A DNA stretch of 63,707 bases, the filler included, from Saprolegnia diclina VS20 (taxonomy: Eukaryota), in the NCBI RefSeq assembly GCF_000281045.1. It is 5 parts of 3 records of this genome, joined end to end, with 100 filler letters (N's around TTAATTAATTAA, not from the genome) between each part and the next. Parts side by side here need not be neighbours in the genome. Positions count along the whole stretch, not along the records: positions 19,589 to 42,603 come from NW_008246217.1; positions 42,704 to 60,525 come from NW_008246220.1; 3 more parts are not named here. One strand, written 5' to 3'. The position numbers and the translations under genes are program-made. The notes under the pieces are model-generated. The model saw only the letters and a list, made by a program, of their open reading frames with translations. It ran no database searches and was not told the DNA's origin. Below are positions 36,664 to 47,933 of this stretch, in pieces (the stretch's first letter is position 1; each line of letters starts with the position of its first letter).

Positions 36664-37772
36664 AACGTCTTGAAATAGCCAGCCGCCCGCGCCTGGATCA
36701 CTTGACGGAGTCGCGGCGCCAGCTCCACAAAGTCATTGACCTTGTAGCCAGCCAAGACTGCGACTTGGGCCTCAAACTTGGCTTCAACCTTGTCGGTCCA
36801 GGTAATACCGGCCTGCGCGTAGATTTGCTTGAGCGAATGGACAGTCGAAGTCGCCAAGCCGGCGTAGGCCACTTCGAGAATGTCCTTGGCCAGCGCGCCG
36901 GTACTCGGGTCACGGCTCGCGGCGTAGTATGTGTCGTACATGCGCTCGAATTGCCAGAAAAGGTACTCGTTGACTTGCTCGTCCGTCGGCGTGTCGAGAT
37001 AGACGATGTTTTACGGAACGCGGTGGAGGTAGATGAACGTCGCTTTCGGAACGAGCTTGCGAAGCAATGGCACGCGCACCGTGTGAATCGGCGACTTGAG
37101 CAAGAGGCGGCGACGGTTGTTTGGTTGCTGCAGCTGCGACCGCAGCGTGAGCGTCTTGATGAAAACAGAAAAGCTGGTGTCCAGCGCGCTTGGTCCTCAG
37201 GCGTCGCGCCATTGTCGGAGGAGAGCGTCAAGAATTCGCGAAAGCTCGTCTCTTGGGCCATGAACACGAGACCCAGTAGCTGGCGCCGGACGAGAGGGCC
37301 AAGGTTGCGCACTCCTCTTCCTGCGGCAAATCAAAGTGCAGTGGCATCGCATCCATCGGGCGTCTCGGCGGAATCTTGGACGCAAAGAGGCTCTTGCCCC
37401 AAAATCAAAGACACCAGCCCAGAAAGACGATGCAGAAGGTATTTCTCATGTAGAACGTATCATCGTCGGACGCGAGGAGGTTATGGAGCTGCGTCGTGCC
37501 TGTCCGCATGTGGCCAATGACAAAGACCGGGTCGTCCGGCAGCGGAATCGCCTCAATGGGTACACCAAAGCGACTCAAGAAGGCCGAGAACGAACGCCAC
37601 GGTCGACGAGAACGTGAGGTAGAGCGCGTGGCATGCACTTTCACTCAATGTGACGACTGTACGAGTAGAGGACCGAGAGCCACAGCGGCAAGGACACGCT
37701 GCACAGCAAGTTTTTGGAGCGCGAGAATACATGTTTTTGTTTGAAATGGAAGAGACCATCGTCGTCCGCCAT
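36664..37772 (-). pseudogene. Inverted, degraded sulfotransferase copy 2
   Basis: Homologous to copies 1 and 3 (DDGLFHF.QKHVFS, GHMRTGTT, RDPSTGALAKDILEVAY), but has a TGA at 37641 in place of Trp, several frameshifts and deletions. Confidence 0.9.
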
Positions 37773-39600
37773 GTCTTCAGTCGTCTTGTCGGTCGCTTGC
37801 ACTGTCTTGTCCACTGACCGATACAATAATGGGTTGTTTTGGCGAATTGTGTTGGCGCGTGGACTGTCTGGCGAGATGTCTCGTTACCGACATGGCCGTA
37901 ACGGGCATCAAAAGCGTTTCATCTCAGTTGACTGTAGACTTGAAACTGCTTGTTGGAAGTCCGCGTTGAACCGGCTGGAAACTTCCCTAACCCTATGGAT
38001 TGCTGTAGACAAGTTGGCAAACAGTGCCAGCCGAGTAACTGACGACCTAAACGCGTAGACCCTTTTACGGCAGTGTTGGTAACAAGTTGAAGAGGACACC
38101 TCTCGTTCTACCACCTTGGACCTTGCTCGAAGGTTGATGATATGGGAGCCGCATAGAGCACGTGGCCTAGAGACGACCCGAGCTTCAAAGCAATGAGCCA
38201 ATCTCTCGTTTTAAAGGGACACAGCTGGGGGCAACGTGCCAAGTCTTGCTGCTACAAAGGACGCATGCGTTTGGTGTTGCCACCATTTTCTCGTACCACG
38301 AGCGACGTTGCTGAACATGGAATTTGATGGACAAGCCCTCGGTTCGACCCTCTGCAGCCAATGAGAATTCCATATAAGTCTATATTTGGCCAATCAAATG
38401 CAAGCATGCGGTTTTGACGAGCTACACCAAGCAAGCAGCCTCAGCATTGAGCGAGTTGATTTCGGTCGGACGGCGCTTTGACAAATATTTGATCAACCGA
38501 GATATATAAAACCAAGGCCTGTCGCTGTCGGGTGGTCCGAGTACAGGAGCCTGCGTACGACCTCGCGCGAGCTATAACTCGGCGAGTGGGGTCCACCACG
38601 GGATGGATCTCTCCGTACGCAGCNNNNNNNNNNNNNNNNNNNNNNNNNNNNNNNNNNNNNNNNNNNNNNNNNNNNNNNNNNNNNNNNNNNNNNNNNNNNN
38701 NNNNNNNNNNNNNNNNNNNNNNNGTGCTGGTGCCAACTCCCACGCATTCAGGCGTAGCGCTACGTATGCGAAGTCTTTGTGTCATAATGAAGATAACGCG
38801 GAACACGTTCATATATAAGGCCTGTCGCTCGCTTTGGCTTCCACTTGCCGTCGCAGCGCTAGTCTCGCAGCGCTGACAGGCAGAGGTGGGATATCGACGC
38901 GACACCAGCGTTCGAAGTGAACGCCCCACTTCAGTCACCTGGCAACCGATCGGTACACTAAAGTACACTGTAGACGGCGCAGACGACAGGCGACTGTCGT
39001 GCAACGTAGTGGGTGACGCTGGATGCTCCATTTCAAGCACAGTGATGCGCGTACGCAGGCTTCGTGCATGCAGGGTGCGGTGGCAAATGAACTTTGCTGC
39101 ACACTTGGCAATTTCCTGTGTTTCATAGCGTGCCGTTGATTCTACGAGAGAACGAGCATGCATCGCCACCCTCTGGTCACTGCATACTAGAAGTACTGTA
39201 CAGGGACATCCTAGCTGGCCATCGTGCACCGACTAACAAAGGCAGCTCCTTCTTCGAAGCACGACATTGCCGTTCGAAGGTGGTACTCCCACTGTACTAC
39301 CAAACCTCCTGTTGCGTCTGGTCAGGGCCCTGCCTCCAGCGTCCACGCAATGAACCACACGAATGGCGCTCGTCCAAGTGCTTGAGGAATGACCGCCCAG
39401 AGTCAAATACGAGTGGCAGCACCCGCGCCAAGGCTCTTCTCTGCAGCGACGCATTCCAAATCGGACTGTCCTGCTTATGACATCTGATCGGGTATCCGTG
39501 CCTTCACGAACCGAGCATTACACCATGGTGTCGGTAACGAGGCGTCGTGCAGCTGCTTGGACGACATTTGCGCCGTCGTCTCATTGCTTCATTTGCCACC

Positions 39601-40994
39601 ATGGTCGACAAGCCGCTGACGAATCGCCCCGACGACGACGACGACGGTCTCTTCCATTTCCAACAAAAGCATGTCTTTTCGACGGCCAACAACATGATGG
39701 GCGCCGTGTCGCTGCCGCAGTGGCTCTCGATTCTGTATACGAACGGTCGCCACATCGAGTGGCAGTACATGTTCCGCGCGGCCTTTTTGACGTTTGCGTC
39801 CATTTTTGCATTTTTCGTCGGCCTCATCGAGTCGCTTTGGTACCCGTCGCATGTCATTGAGGCCATTCCGCTGCCGGACGACCCGGTTTTTGTCATTGGC
39901 CACATGCGGACGGGCACGACGCTGCTCCACAACCTCCTCGCATCCGATGACGACTCGTTCTACACGTGCACGACCTTTTGCATTTGCTTTCCAACGGCCT
40001 TTCTCTGGTTTGAAAAGTGGGGCAAGCGCCTCTTTGCTAGCGCGATTGCGCCGANNNNNNNNNNNNNNNNNNNNNNNNNNNNNNNNNNNNNNNNNNNNNN
40101 NNNNNNNNNNNNNNNNNNNNNNNNNNNNNNNNNNNNNNNNNNNNNNNNNNNNNNNNNNNNNNNNNNNNNNNNNNNNNNNNNNNNNNNNNNNNNNNNNNNN
40201 NNNNNNNNNNNNNNNNNNNNNNNNNNNNNNNNNNNNNNNNNNNNNNNNNNNNNNNNNNNNNNNNNNNNNNNNNNNNNNNNNNNNNNNNNNNNNNNNNNNN
40301 NNNNNNNNNNNNNNNNNNNNNNNNNNNNNNNNNNNNNNNNNNNNNNNNNNNNNNNNNNNNNNNNNNNNNNNNNNNNNNNNNNNNNNNNNNNNNNNNNNNN
40401 NNNNNNNNNNNNNNNNNNNNNNNNNNNNNNNNNNNNNNNNNNNNNNNNNNNNNNNNNNNNNNNNNNNNNNNNNNNNNNNNNNNNNNNNNNNNNNNNNNNN
40501 NNNNNNNNNNNNNNNNNNNNNNNNNNNNNNNNNNNNNNNNNNNNNNNNNNNNNNNNNNNNNNNNNNNNNNNNNNNNNNNNNNNNNNNNNNNNNNNNNNNN
40601 NNNNNNNNNNNNNNNNNNNNNNNNNNNNNNNNNNNNNNNNNNNNNNNNNNNNNNNNNNNNNNNNNNNNNNNNNNNNNNNNNNNNNNNNNNNNNNNNNNNN
40701 NNNNNNNNNNNNNNNNNNNNNNNNNNNNNNNNNNNNNNNNNNNNNNNNNNNNNNNNNNNNNNNNNNNNNNNNNNNNNNNNNNNNNNNNNNNNNNNNNNNN
40801 NNNNNNNNNNNNNNNNNNNNNNNNNNNNNNNNNNNNNNNNNNNNNNNNNNNNNNNNNNNNNNNNNNNNNNNGCCCAAGTCGCAGCCTTGGCTGGCTACAA
40901 GGTCAATGACTTTGTGGAGCTGCCGCCGCGACTCCGTCAAGTGATCCAGACGCGGGCGGCTGGCTATTTCAAGACGTTTGGCTATGCCACATAA
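39601..40994 (+). CDS. Sulfotransferase copy 3 (middle hidden by gap 40055-40871)
   Basis: MVDKP..DDDGLFHFQQKHVFS..GHMRTGTT before the gap; AQVAALAGYKVNDF..FGYAT* after it. Confidence 0.8.
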
Positions 40995-41102
40995 GTTGTG
41001 AAATCATAACCCTACCCTACCCCAGCCCTTTTCAAGTGGGCGCTGTTGCGTGCGTGGTTGTCGACACAGAACACTGGTATAGGAATATAGTAGATTGGGT
41101 GT

Positions 41103-42603
41103 TTATACATGAAAGAGCTTGACGACTTCGCGCACTTCGCCCCGGCAAATGGGGCAACGCCCCGTCGTCCGCCGCAACGTCTCGGCGCACTGGACACACA
41201 CTGCGACGTGGCCACACGGTACGCACACGGTGGCTTTGGGCCGGTCGTAGCACACGACGCACTCGTCCTTGCCCTTTCGGCGCTTGGCACCATCGCTCGT
41301 CGCGCCGTCGTCCAGCAGCGACGACTTGCGCCGGAGCATCGCGGGCTTGCCTGGCGTCGCGTCATCGGCTTCAAAGTCGGGGGCCGACGCCGCGGGCGCC
41401 GCGTCGCCACTTGCCGCTGTGAGGTCAACGACCTGCTTGTCCTTCTTGGGGGTGGGTGGCATGGGCGAGTACGGCGTCGTCCGTGGCGGTAGTGGCGGTA
41501 CCGGTGGAGCCGGTGGTGCTGGTGGTGCTGGTGGCTTGGACGAGGGTTGCTTGGCCATTTTGCTCGTTTTCGATGGGGGCGACGAGCCCCACGCGCCGAT
41601 CGCGTCGAGCGGCGGCGCGTCCATGGCGTCGGGGGCCGACGGTGAAAGGTGGTGCGTCGGCGAGAGCTCCGATGACGACAAATCGTTCTCGTCGTCTTGG
41701 ACTAGAATCTTGTGGGATGGCTCTTCGGTAATGACGGTGCGATCTTCGACCATGGTTGCCTACAACAGAGATGTGAGCGCACAACGACTGCGCCGAGTTC
41801 TACCGCGTCCGTCTCGAAGAAACGAAACCACAAGTCAAATCCCGCTGTGTCCAAGGCCGCAAACTCATACAGTCCGTTGATGAGAAAAGAGTGCGGCTTC
41901 TTGTTCCACCAGCGCTCCGACTTGTTGAACTGGACGCCGTTGGTGATCGGCACCTGTCGGATCGACCTAGAAGTATTATATTGATACACCTGTAGACAAT
42001 ATTGAACGTACGTCGGAATCGGCGGGCGAAGCCCCTGGCGCACATCAAACAGATGCAATTCGAGCTCGTCTCGGGAGCCATTGCGCAGCACGAGGGCATA
42101 CCGCGCTTTCCAGCTCTGCATGGACGCAATGTTGAGGACGTCAGCGACCAAATTCGGTGCGCTTTCGTAGAGCCAGCCTTCAAAGACCTTGACGCGCTGC
42201 TCGAGGAGCTCAATGCACTTGGCGAGGTCGAGCCAATTCGCTGGCTTGCTCTCGAGCACGTGGCGGGTGAGCTGAAGCGGCGTCGCATCGCTCTTGTTGG
42301 CGTCAAACGGCGACGCCAGTGTGTGCTGAACGAGGTACGCGACGATCGCAAACTGCCCGTTGATGCACGCGTAATGGAGCGGCGTGTTGCCCTTCTTGTC
42401 GACTGCGTGCAAGTTGGCACCGTGCTCGACGAGGAGCCGCATGCAGTCGGCAAAGCCATATGTGCACGCCATCATGAGCGGCGTCCGCTTCTGCTCGTCG
42501 CGGTACTCGAGCGAGAAGAGGATATGCGCCCGGCGCTTCCGGAAGAGCGCGCGCAGACCCTCGACGTTGTTGGCCATGACGGCTTGCCATACCTTGTCGT
42601 CCC
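41103..42603 (-). CDS. Ankyrin + PH-like + Pro-rich linker + C-terminal C3HC4 RING protein (putative E3 ligase); 5' end in gap
   Basis: RTPLMMAC and GNTPLHYACINGQ ankyrins; RING CVVCYDRPKATVCVPCGHVAVCVQCAE...CPICR. Confidence 0.85.
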
Positions 42604-42703
42604 NNNNNNNNNNNNNNNNNNNNNNNNNNNNNNNNNNNNNNNNNNNNTTAATTAATTAANNNNNNNNNNNNNNNNNNNNNNNNNNNNNNNNNNNNNNNNN
42701 NNN

Positions 42704-43056
42704 AAAACCCCGACGTTGCCGAGGCGCGCCGCGAGGATCCAGTCGTCGCCGCCAATATCGAGGTCGCAGAGGCTTTCGAGCAGCCGCACGTTCGAGTATG
42801 CGATCGCATACTGCGTGAGCCGGGAGCGAGTGCTGGGATCGCTCTGCAGAAGCGGCGCGAGGTCCGTCGCGCGCGTGTGCTGGGCAAGCCACGGCGCAAA
42901 GACCGCGTGGAACGGCGCAAGGGCAGCCTTGATGTTGCGAGTGTCGCCGTCGCTCTTGACGAGCGCGCGGAGGAGCTTGACGTCGAGCGGGACGCCTTCC
43001 TGAAAATCGGCGATCGCGCGCACGAGCTCGGGCAGGCGGAGGACACGCAGGGCCAT
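42704..43056 (-). CDS. Ankyrin-like repeat family protein (VLRxxELV..I..F/YQxG N-terminal motif), 3' part in gap
   Basis: MALRVLRLPELVRAIADFQEG..FAPWL..YAIAYSNVRLL..DWILAARLGNV; close to the 43359-44609 gene. Confidence 0.75.
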
Positions 43057-43358
43057 GACGACGCAAGATGGGATCTGCGAACAAACACGCACTTACGATT
43101 GGCCGCATCTGCACGATCGACCAGCCCTGTCAGGCTTGACATGTCGCAGCTCGTCCAAGGATACCCAGTGCGAGTGGCGCAGCGTGAGAATCGAACCCTC
43201 GACATGACAGCCTTTCATTGATGATGCACGCAGCATACGGCGCGAGGGCGTCGAGCACGCAGCAGGCGCATCGTGCGCGCAAACAGCCCTCCTCCTGCGA
43301 CCCCAAGAAGAGAACGTGGTTTATGTTACGTGGCAGAACCACGGACTAGCGCTTCGGA

Positions 43359-44609
43359 TCAGGTCTGCTCGGTCCCATGCGTTCTTGCGTCGCGCATGGC
43401 GGCGTCGACGTCTTGGGTGGCACCAAGGCCGTGCAGGTCCATGTACGCGAGGATGTCGGTGTGGCCGAGGGATCGGGCGTAGACTCGGGCGTCCTCGGTG
43501 CAGCCCTCGGCTCGAAAGCGGTGGAGATACACAAACAGGTCGAAGCACCCGAACCGCGCCGCCGTGTCCATAAGCAGCGGCGAGAACGACGCACTTGCGC
43601 TCGTCGTATGCACAAAGTCCACGAGGTCGAGGCGCATGTGGCGCACCGCGTGCACGAGCGCCTTCTCGGACCAGCTGCGAAAGCCGTTCAAGCGCAGGTA
43701 CCACGTTGCTGCGAGCGCGCGCGTGTCTGTTGTTGCAGCGTCTAAATCGAGTAGGTACATGACAACCGGCCACTGCTCGCGGCCGGCGGCGGCGGCAACA
43801 GCGCGCGCTACGTCACCCTCCGATCGGTTCTCTTTCAGAAAGCGGACGACGTCGAGATGACCGCACGCGGCGGCGCTCGTGAGCGCGGCGGCCGAGCAGC
43901 CGTCAGACCGGTGCTCGTGCAAAAAGCGGACAATGGACAGCTGCCCGGCGGCGGCGGCGGCGTCCATCGTCGCGGCGTTGAAGCCTTGGTTGTCGTGCTC
44001 GTGGAGGTACTGAATGATATCCAAGGCGCCTTGCACGGCCAAGCTGCTGACGTCAACGGGGTGCCAGAGACCTTGCCGGTGCACGTACTCTACCATCGCG
44101 AGCGACCTACCCCGACACGCGACGCTGAGCGAGGGCGATCGAAGCACTGCACCGTGGTCAACGAGGAACGCTACAATGTTCACATGGCTCGTCGAGAGAG
44201 CGTGTCCCATCGTATAGTCGAGATAGAGTGGGTAGCCGTGGTCGACAAAGAAGGCAAGCGCGGCCACGTTGCCGTTCTGCGCCGCCAGCTTCCAGTCGCC
44301 GAACGAGGCGTCGAGGACGCTGGCCTCGTGCATTGCATCGAGAAGCCGATTGTCCCTGTGTGCGATGGCGTAGCGGCGGAGGCGCCCCGGCGCGTGCTCA
44401 TGGCAGCGGAAGAGCGGCGCAAGGTCGCCGGGGCCATGCGTCGCCCACCACGGCGCAAAGACGCTTGGCAGCCGATCGTCGGCGCTCTCAAGGACGAGGA
44501 CATCGCGGATGCGCTTGGCGTCGAGCGAGAGACCTGGCTGGAACTGGACGATGGCCGCGACGAGCTCGCGGAGGCGAACGACCTCTGCTGCAACGCTGCG
44601 TTCTTGCAT
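43359..44609 (-). CDS. Ankyrin-like repeat family protein
   Basis: EVVRLRELVAAIVQFQPG motif; repeats such as MDAAAAAGQLSIVRFLHEHRSDGCS and AAACGHLDVVRFL. Confidence 0.85.
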   Translation of the reverse strand: MQERSVAAEVVRLRELVAAIVQFQPGLSLDAKRIRDVLVLESADDRLPSVFAPWWATHGPGDLAPLFRCHEHAPGRLRRYAIAHRDNRLLDAMHEASVLDASFGDWKLAAQNGNVAALAFFVDHGYPLYLDYTMGHALSTSHVNIVAFLVDHGAVLRSPSLSVACRGRSLAMVEYVHRQGLWHPVDVSSLAVQGALDIIQYLHEHDNQGFNAATMDAAAAAGQLSIVRFLHEHRSDGCSAAALTSAAACGHLDVVRFLKENRSEGDVARAVAAAAGREQWPVVMYLLDLDAATTDTRALAATWYLRLNGFRSWSEKALVHAVRHMRLDLVDFVHTTSASASFSPLLMDTAARFGCFDLFVYLHRFRAEGCTEDARVYARSLGHTDILAYMDLHGLGATQDVDAAMRDARTHGTEQT

Positions 44610-44700
44610 CGGTCGGGTTGTGAGATCATCATTCTTGCTGCAAACTGAAGAATGCATGTAGAAAGGCCAGAATCTGACCATGACAGCTTTATTCGAGCGC

Positions 44701-45659
44701 TTACGGAGCCTCCAGCGCAAGCTCCTGCAGGATAGCTACAACGTCCTTGGCCGTTGGTCGCGCTTGTGGGTCCGAAGCCAGGCAGGCGGTCGCCAGGTCG
44801 CGCAGCCACGGCCGGCAGTCTGGCTGAAGCATCGGGCGAAGCGCTCCGCTACGTACGCCCGCGACGACGTCCCACACATGGAGACGCATGTCTGCATACG
44901 GCTTGTGGCGCGTGTCGAGCTCAGTTAGAAACATGCCGTACGAGTAGATGTCGGCAGGGAAGCTGTAGCTTGTGTCTTCGAAGACCTCGGGCGCCATCCA
45001 ACACAGCGTCCCGGTGCCGAGCGCCCTCGGCGTCGCCTCGTCCACAACCTGTGCGAGGCCCAAATAGCCAATCTTAATGGCCCCATCCGAAGCGAGGAGG
45101 ACATTTGCAGCCTTGATGTCGCCGTGGAGGATCTCATGACTGTGCAGGTCCAGCAGCGCGCGGGCCACAGCGTTCGCAACGGCCAGCGTGAAGCGCGCTG
45201 TGAGCTTGTTGGCAGGTACCTCCAGGTAGTCGCGAACGGAGCCTCGATCCATGTACTCAAAGATGGCAACAGGTCGCGGCGAGTCGTTGTGGCGCACGTC
45301 GAGCAACTCGACGAAGTGTGGCGACGAGAACCTAGCGCCTTAAATACAGCCTCCATATCATGGAACAGCGTACCGTGATCGAATGTAAAGCTCGTTCCGA
45401 AGCGCGTCGACTTGCGGCGCAGTGTACGCCAACTGCACGGCGACGTCACGGTTGCAGTAGACGCCCTTGTACTGCACAAAACATGCGTCCGAGGCGATGA
45501 TGGTGGTGGTCACAACAAGGTCGGCTTCGGCGGCCAGCGTCGACTAGGACGCGTGAGACAATATCCGAGATGGTTGCGGCGCACCTCGTCGTCCGAGCTC
45601 GCGTCGTCGCCAAAGAAGACGACGTCCATCGCAGAAGGGAAAATTGAAGGCGTCTTCAT
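44701..45659 (-). CDS. TKL-type protein kinase fold, probable pseudokinase (3 exons)
   Basis: Spliced ..FVQYKGVYCNRDVAVQL..EYMDRGS..ILHGDIKAANVLL..KIGYLGLA..GTLCWMAPE..ADIYSYG. The catalytic Lys and DFG are substituted. Confidence 0.8.
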
Positions 45660-45752
45660 GTTCTATCTGCGTTTGCAAAGCCACGCGACTCGGTCGTCGA
45701 GACGGGTACAAAGATCCAACTTGAAGAAGAGATATAGATTGCAGCAGTGTTA

Positions 45753-46928
45753 TTACACGTGCTTGGCGGCGTGGGCTTGCACCGGCGTCGTCGTGTTGTA
45801 GTACGCGTTCGCGGGATCTTCGACGATGACGATCGGGAGGCTCGTGGCTGGCGTCGTCGGTGGCGGGCGGCGGCGGCAGCAGCAGCAACAGCCTGCTTTG
45901 CAGCACTTGCGGATCCAAAAGGTCGTGAGCGTCGTGATTACAAGCAGGATGAGGACGCTCCAGAACAAGCCAAACTGAAAATCACTGGACGGCTCGTACG
46001 CCGGGAGGCTCCGAAGCTCAAAGGTTGAAACGGGCGCCGTCGTCACCGTCGAGAGAGAGCCCGTGACCGACGCAGGCAGCGGTGCGACAGCGTAAATGTC
46101 ACCCGACCCAGACGTGGAGGCTTTCAAGGACTTGAGGGCGCGCGCGTAGACCTTGCCACTGCCCGAGATACTCACGGAGCTGGCATCGCACGCCAGCGCC
46201 CCGGCGTTCACTTGGCCAGAGCCCGAGATCGAAATGTCTTGGGTGGCGCAGACTCCGGCGGTGTAAAAGTTGATATCGCCCGAGCCCGAGATGGACGTGG
46301 AGACGGTCGTCGCGTTCACGAAGGACGACGCGCCGACGTACGCCTTGCCCGAGCCGCTCACGGACGACTTGATGGTGTCCATGCGGAGGGTGTTCCCGAG
46401 CAGCGCCACATCACCCGAGCCCGAGATCGAGAGCTCAGCTCGTGACGCCACCGTGGTGTCGAGGACGTGCAACTGGACCGAGCCAGAGCCTGGAACCTTG
46501 AGCTTCAGGTCTCGGAGCGCGATGGACGGCGCCGAGAGAAAGAGCCGGCCCGAACCCGAAACAACGAGCGAGAGTGCAGCGTCGGTGCTGTTGACGACCG
46601 TGAACGGGTCCAGGACGGCGTCGCCGTAGCCCGTCAACGTGACGGCGGCAAGCGACTGCAACGGCACGTACACGTCGATAATGTACTTGGTGGAACTAAC
46701 TTGGAACGGATTGGCGTACCACGCGGGCCCGTTGACGCTGAGCGCGCCGTCTTCTTCTTCAATGGCAAATGCGCTGAGAAAGCCGTCGGATATCGAGCGC
46801 ACGACAACCGACGCCTTGGTGGCGCTCGTGGCGTGGATGAAGGCCGAGTGCCGGAGCTTGAGACCCGAGAGGCTCGATGACGAGGCGTTGTAGACTTTGG
46901 AGGGCCACGAGGCAGTCGTCGAAGTCAT
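45753..46928 (-). CDS. GIN/DUF2807 (autotransporter adhesin head-like) beta-repeat protein with a C-terminal TM helix and Cys-rich tail
   Basis: Repeated (I/V)SGSG(D/K/Q)(I/V) units about every 19-23 aa; TM FGLFWSVLILLVITTLTTFWI followed by KCCKAGCCCCCRRR. Confidence 0.8.
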   Translation of the reverse strand: MTSTTASWPSKVYNASSSSLSGLKLRHSAFIHATSATKASVVVRSISDGFLSAFAIEEEDGALSVNGPAWYANPFQVSSTKYIIDVYVPLQSLAAVTLTGYGDAVLDPFTVVNSTDAALSLVVSGSGRLFLSAPSIALRDLKLKVPGSGSVQLHVLDTTVASRAELSISGSGDVALLGNTLRMDTIKSSVSGSGKAYVGASSFVNATTVSTSISGSGDINFYTAGVCATQDISISGSGQVNAGALACDASSVSISGSGKVYARALKSLKASTSGSGDIYAVAPLPASVTGSLSTVTTAPVSTFELRSLPAYEPSSDFQFGLFWSVLILLVITTLTTFWIRKCCKAGCCCCCRRRPPPTTPATSLPIVIVEDPANAYYNTTTPVQAHAAKHV

Positions 46929-47933
46929 GGTGGGAAGGAGGTGAAATGGAATATGAGCCACCTCACCGACAACCTCAGCATGCGTCTTGTGCGTTGGAGG
47001 CACCGGACATGTGACCCACACAAACACTCTGGCACGTCTAGTGGACAACTCAGCCCATGGGTCATATCTAGGTGACCAACAATCTTATTTCGTTGGTCGA
47101 ATATTTTCAAGTTGGACTCTGCCCATGTAAACGTGGACACGCTTTTCACGCGTGTTCCATGGGATGCTAAAACCACGGAAAGCTCCTGCGCGTCCCCTCG
47201 TTCACATTACGATGGAGTGTACGATATCCTCCGCTCAAAACCTGGCGCTGGAGTGGCGTGTGACAGGCATCAATTGACGAGGCGACGAGGCTCGTCACGT
47301 GGTCGTCGTTGATTGTCATTGCATTTTCGAGGTTACGACCTTTGCAGGTCGCGCCGAAGCGCAGCGAATAGCTGCAACCTCGCATTTATTTGAATATATT
47401 TGGCTTTTTGTCTTGCCGCGAGAACGATGCCAGCAGAACGCCAAAGCCAACGGGCATGAGCCTCTCTCGGTCGCCTCTTCTTCGGCCATCGCTAGATACT
47501 GCTCGGCGGGTGATGCGACAGACTTTTCGTGAGAAATATGCAACGCCGATGCGCCGCGACTGGAGAAAGCGTGGCGTTGGCAGTCATGTAAAGCGATACC
47601 CCAATGGCTATACCCCACCACCGTAGCTTGAAGTTGTGCTGCGTGGGACACAGCTGGAGGGTTCAGACTCGTGGCATTATACAGGTATTCAGAATCGGCA
47701 TGAATGCCATATTTAAAGCCAGGGCCAGCAGCTTACAAAATATGGCACCCCAGATGCAGGAGCACACGCACCACTTTGTGGTCACACGAAAGCATGCGCA
47801 TTACATCTATCTCTATGATTGCATCGAATGGATGCGGCAGCCAATGTCAACGCTATTTGTATGGTACGTTCATGTGGCATGTGCCGAAATTAGTTTGACA
47901 TGGGTAATGACGTGGAATCGGAACAACGCCGCG

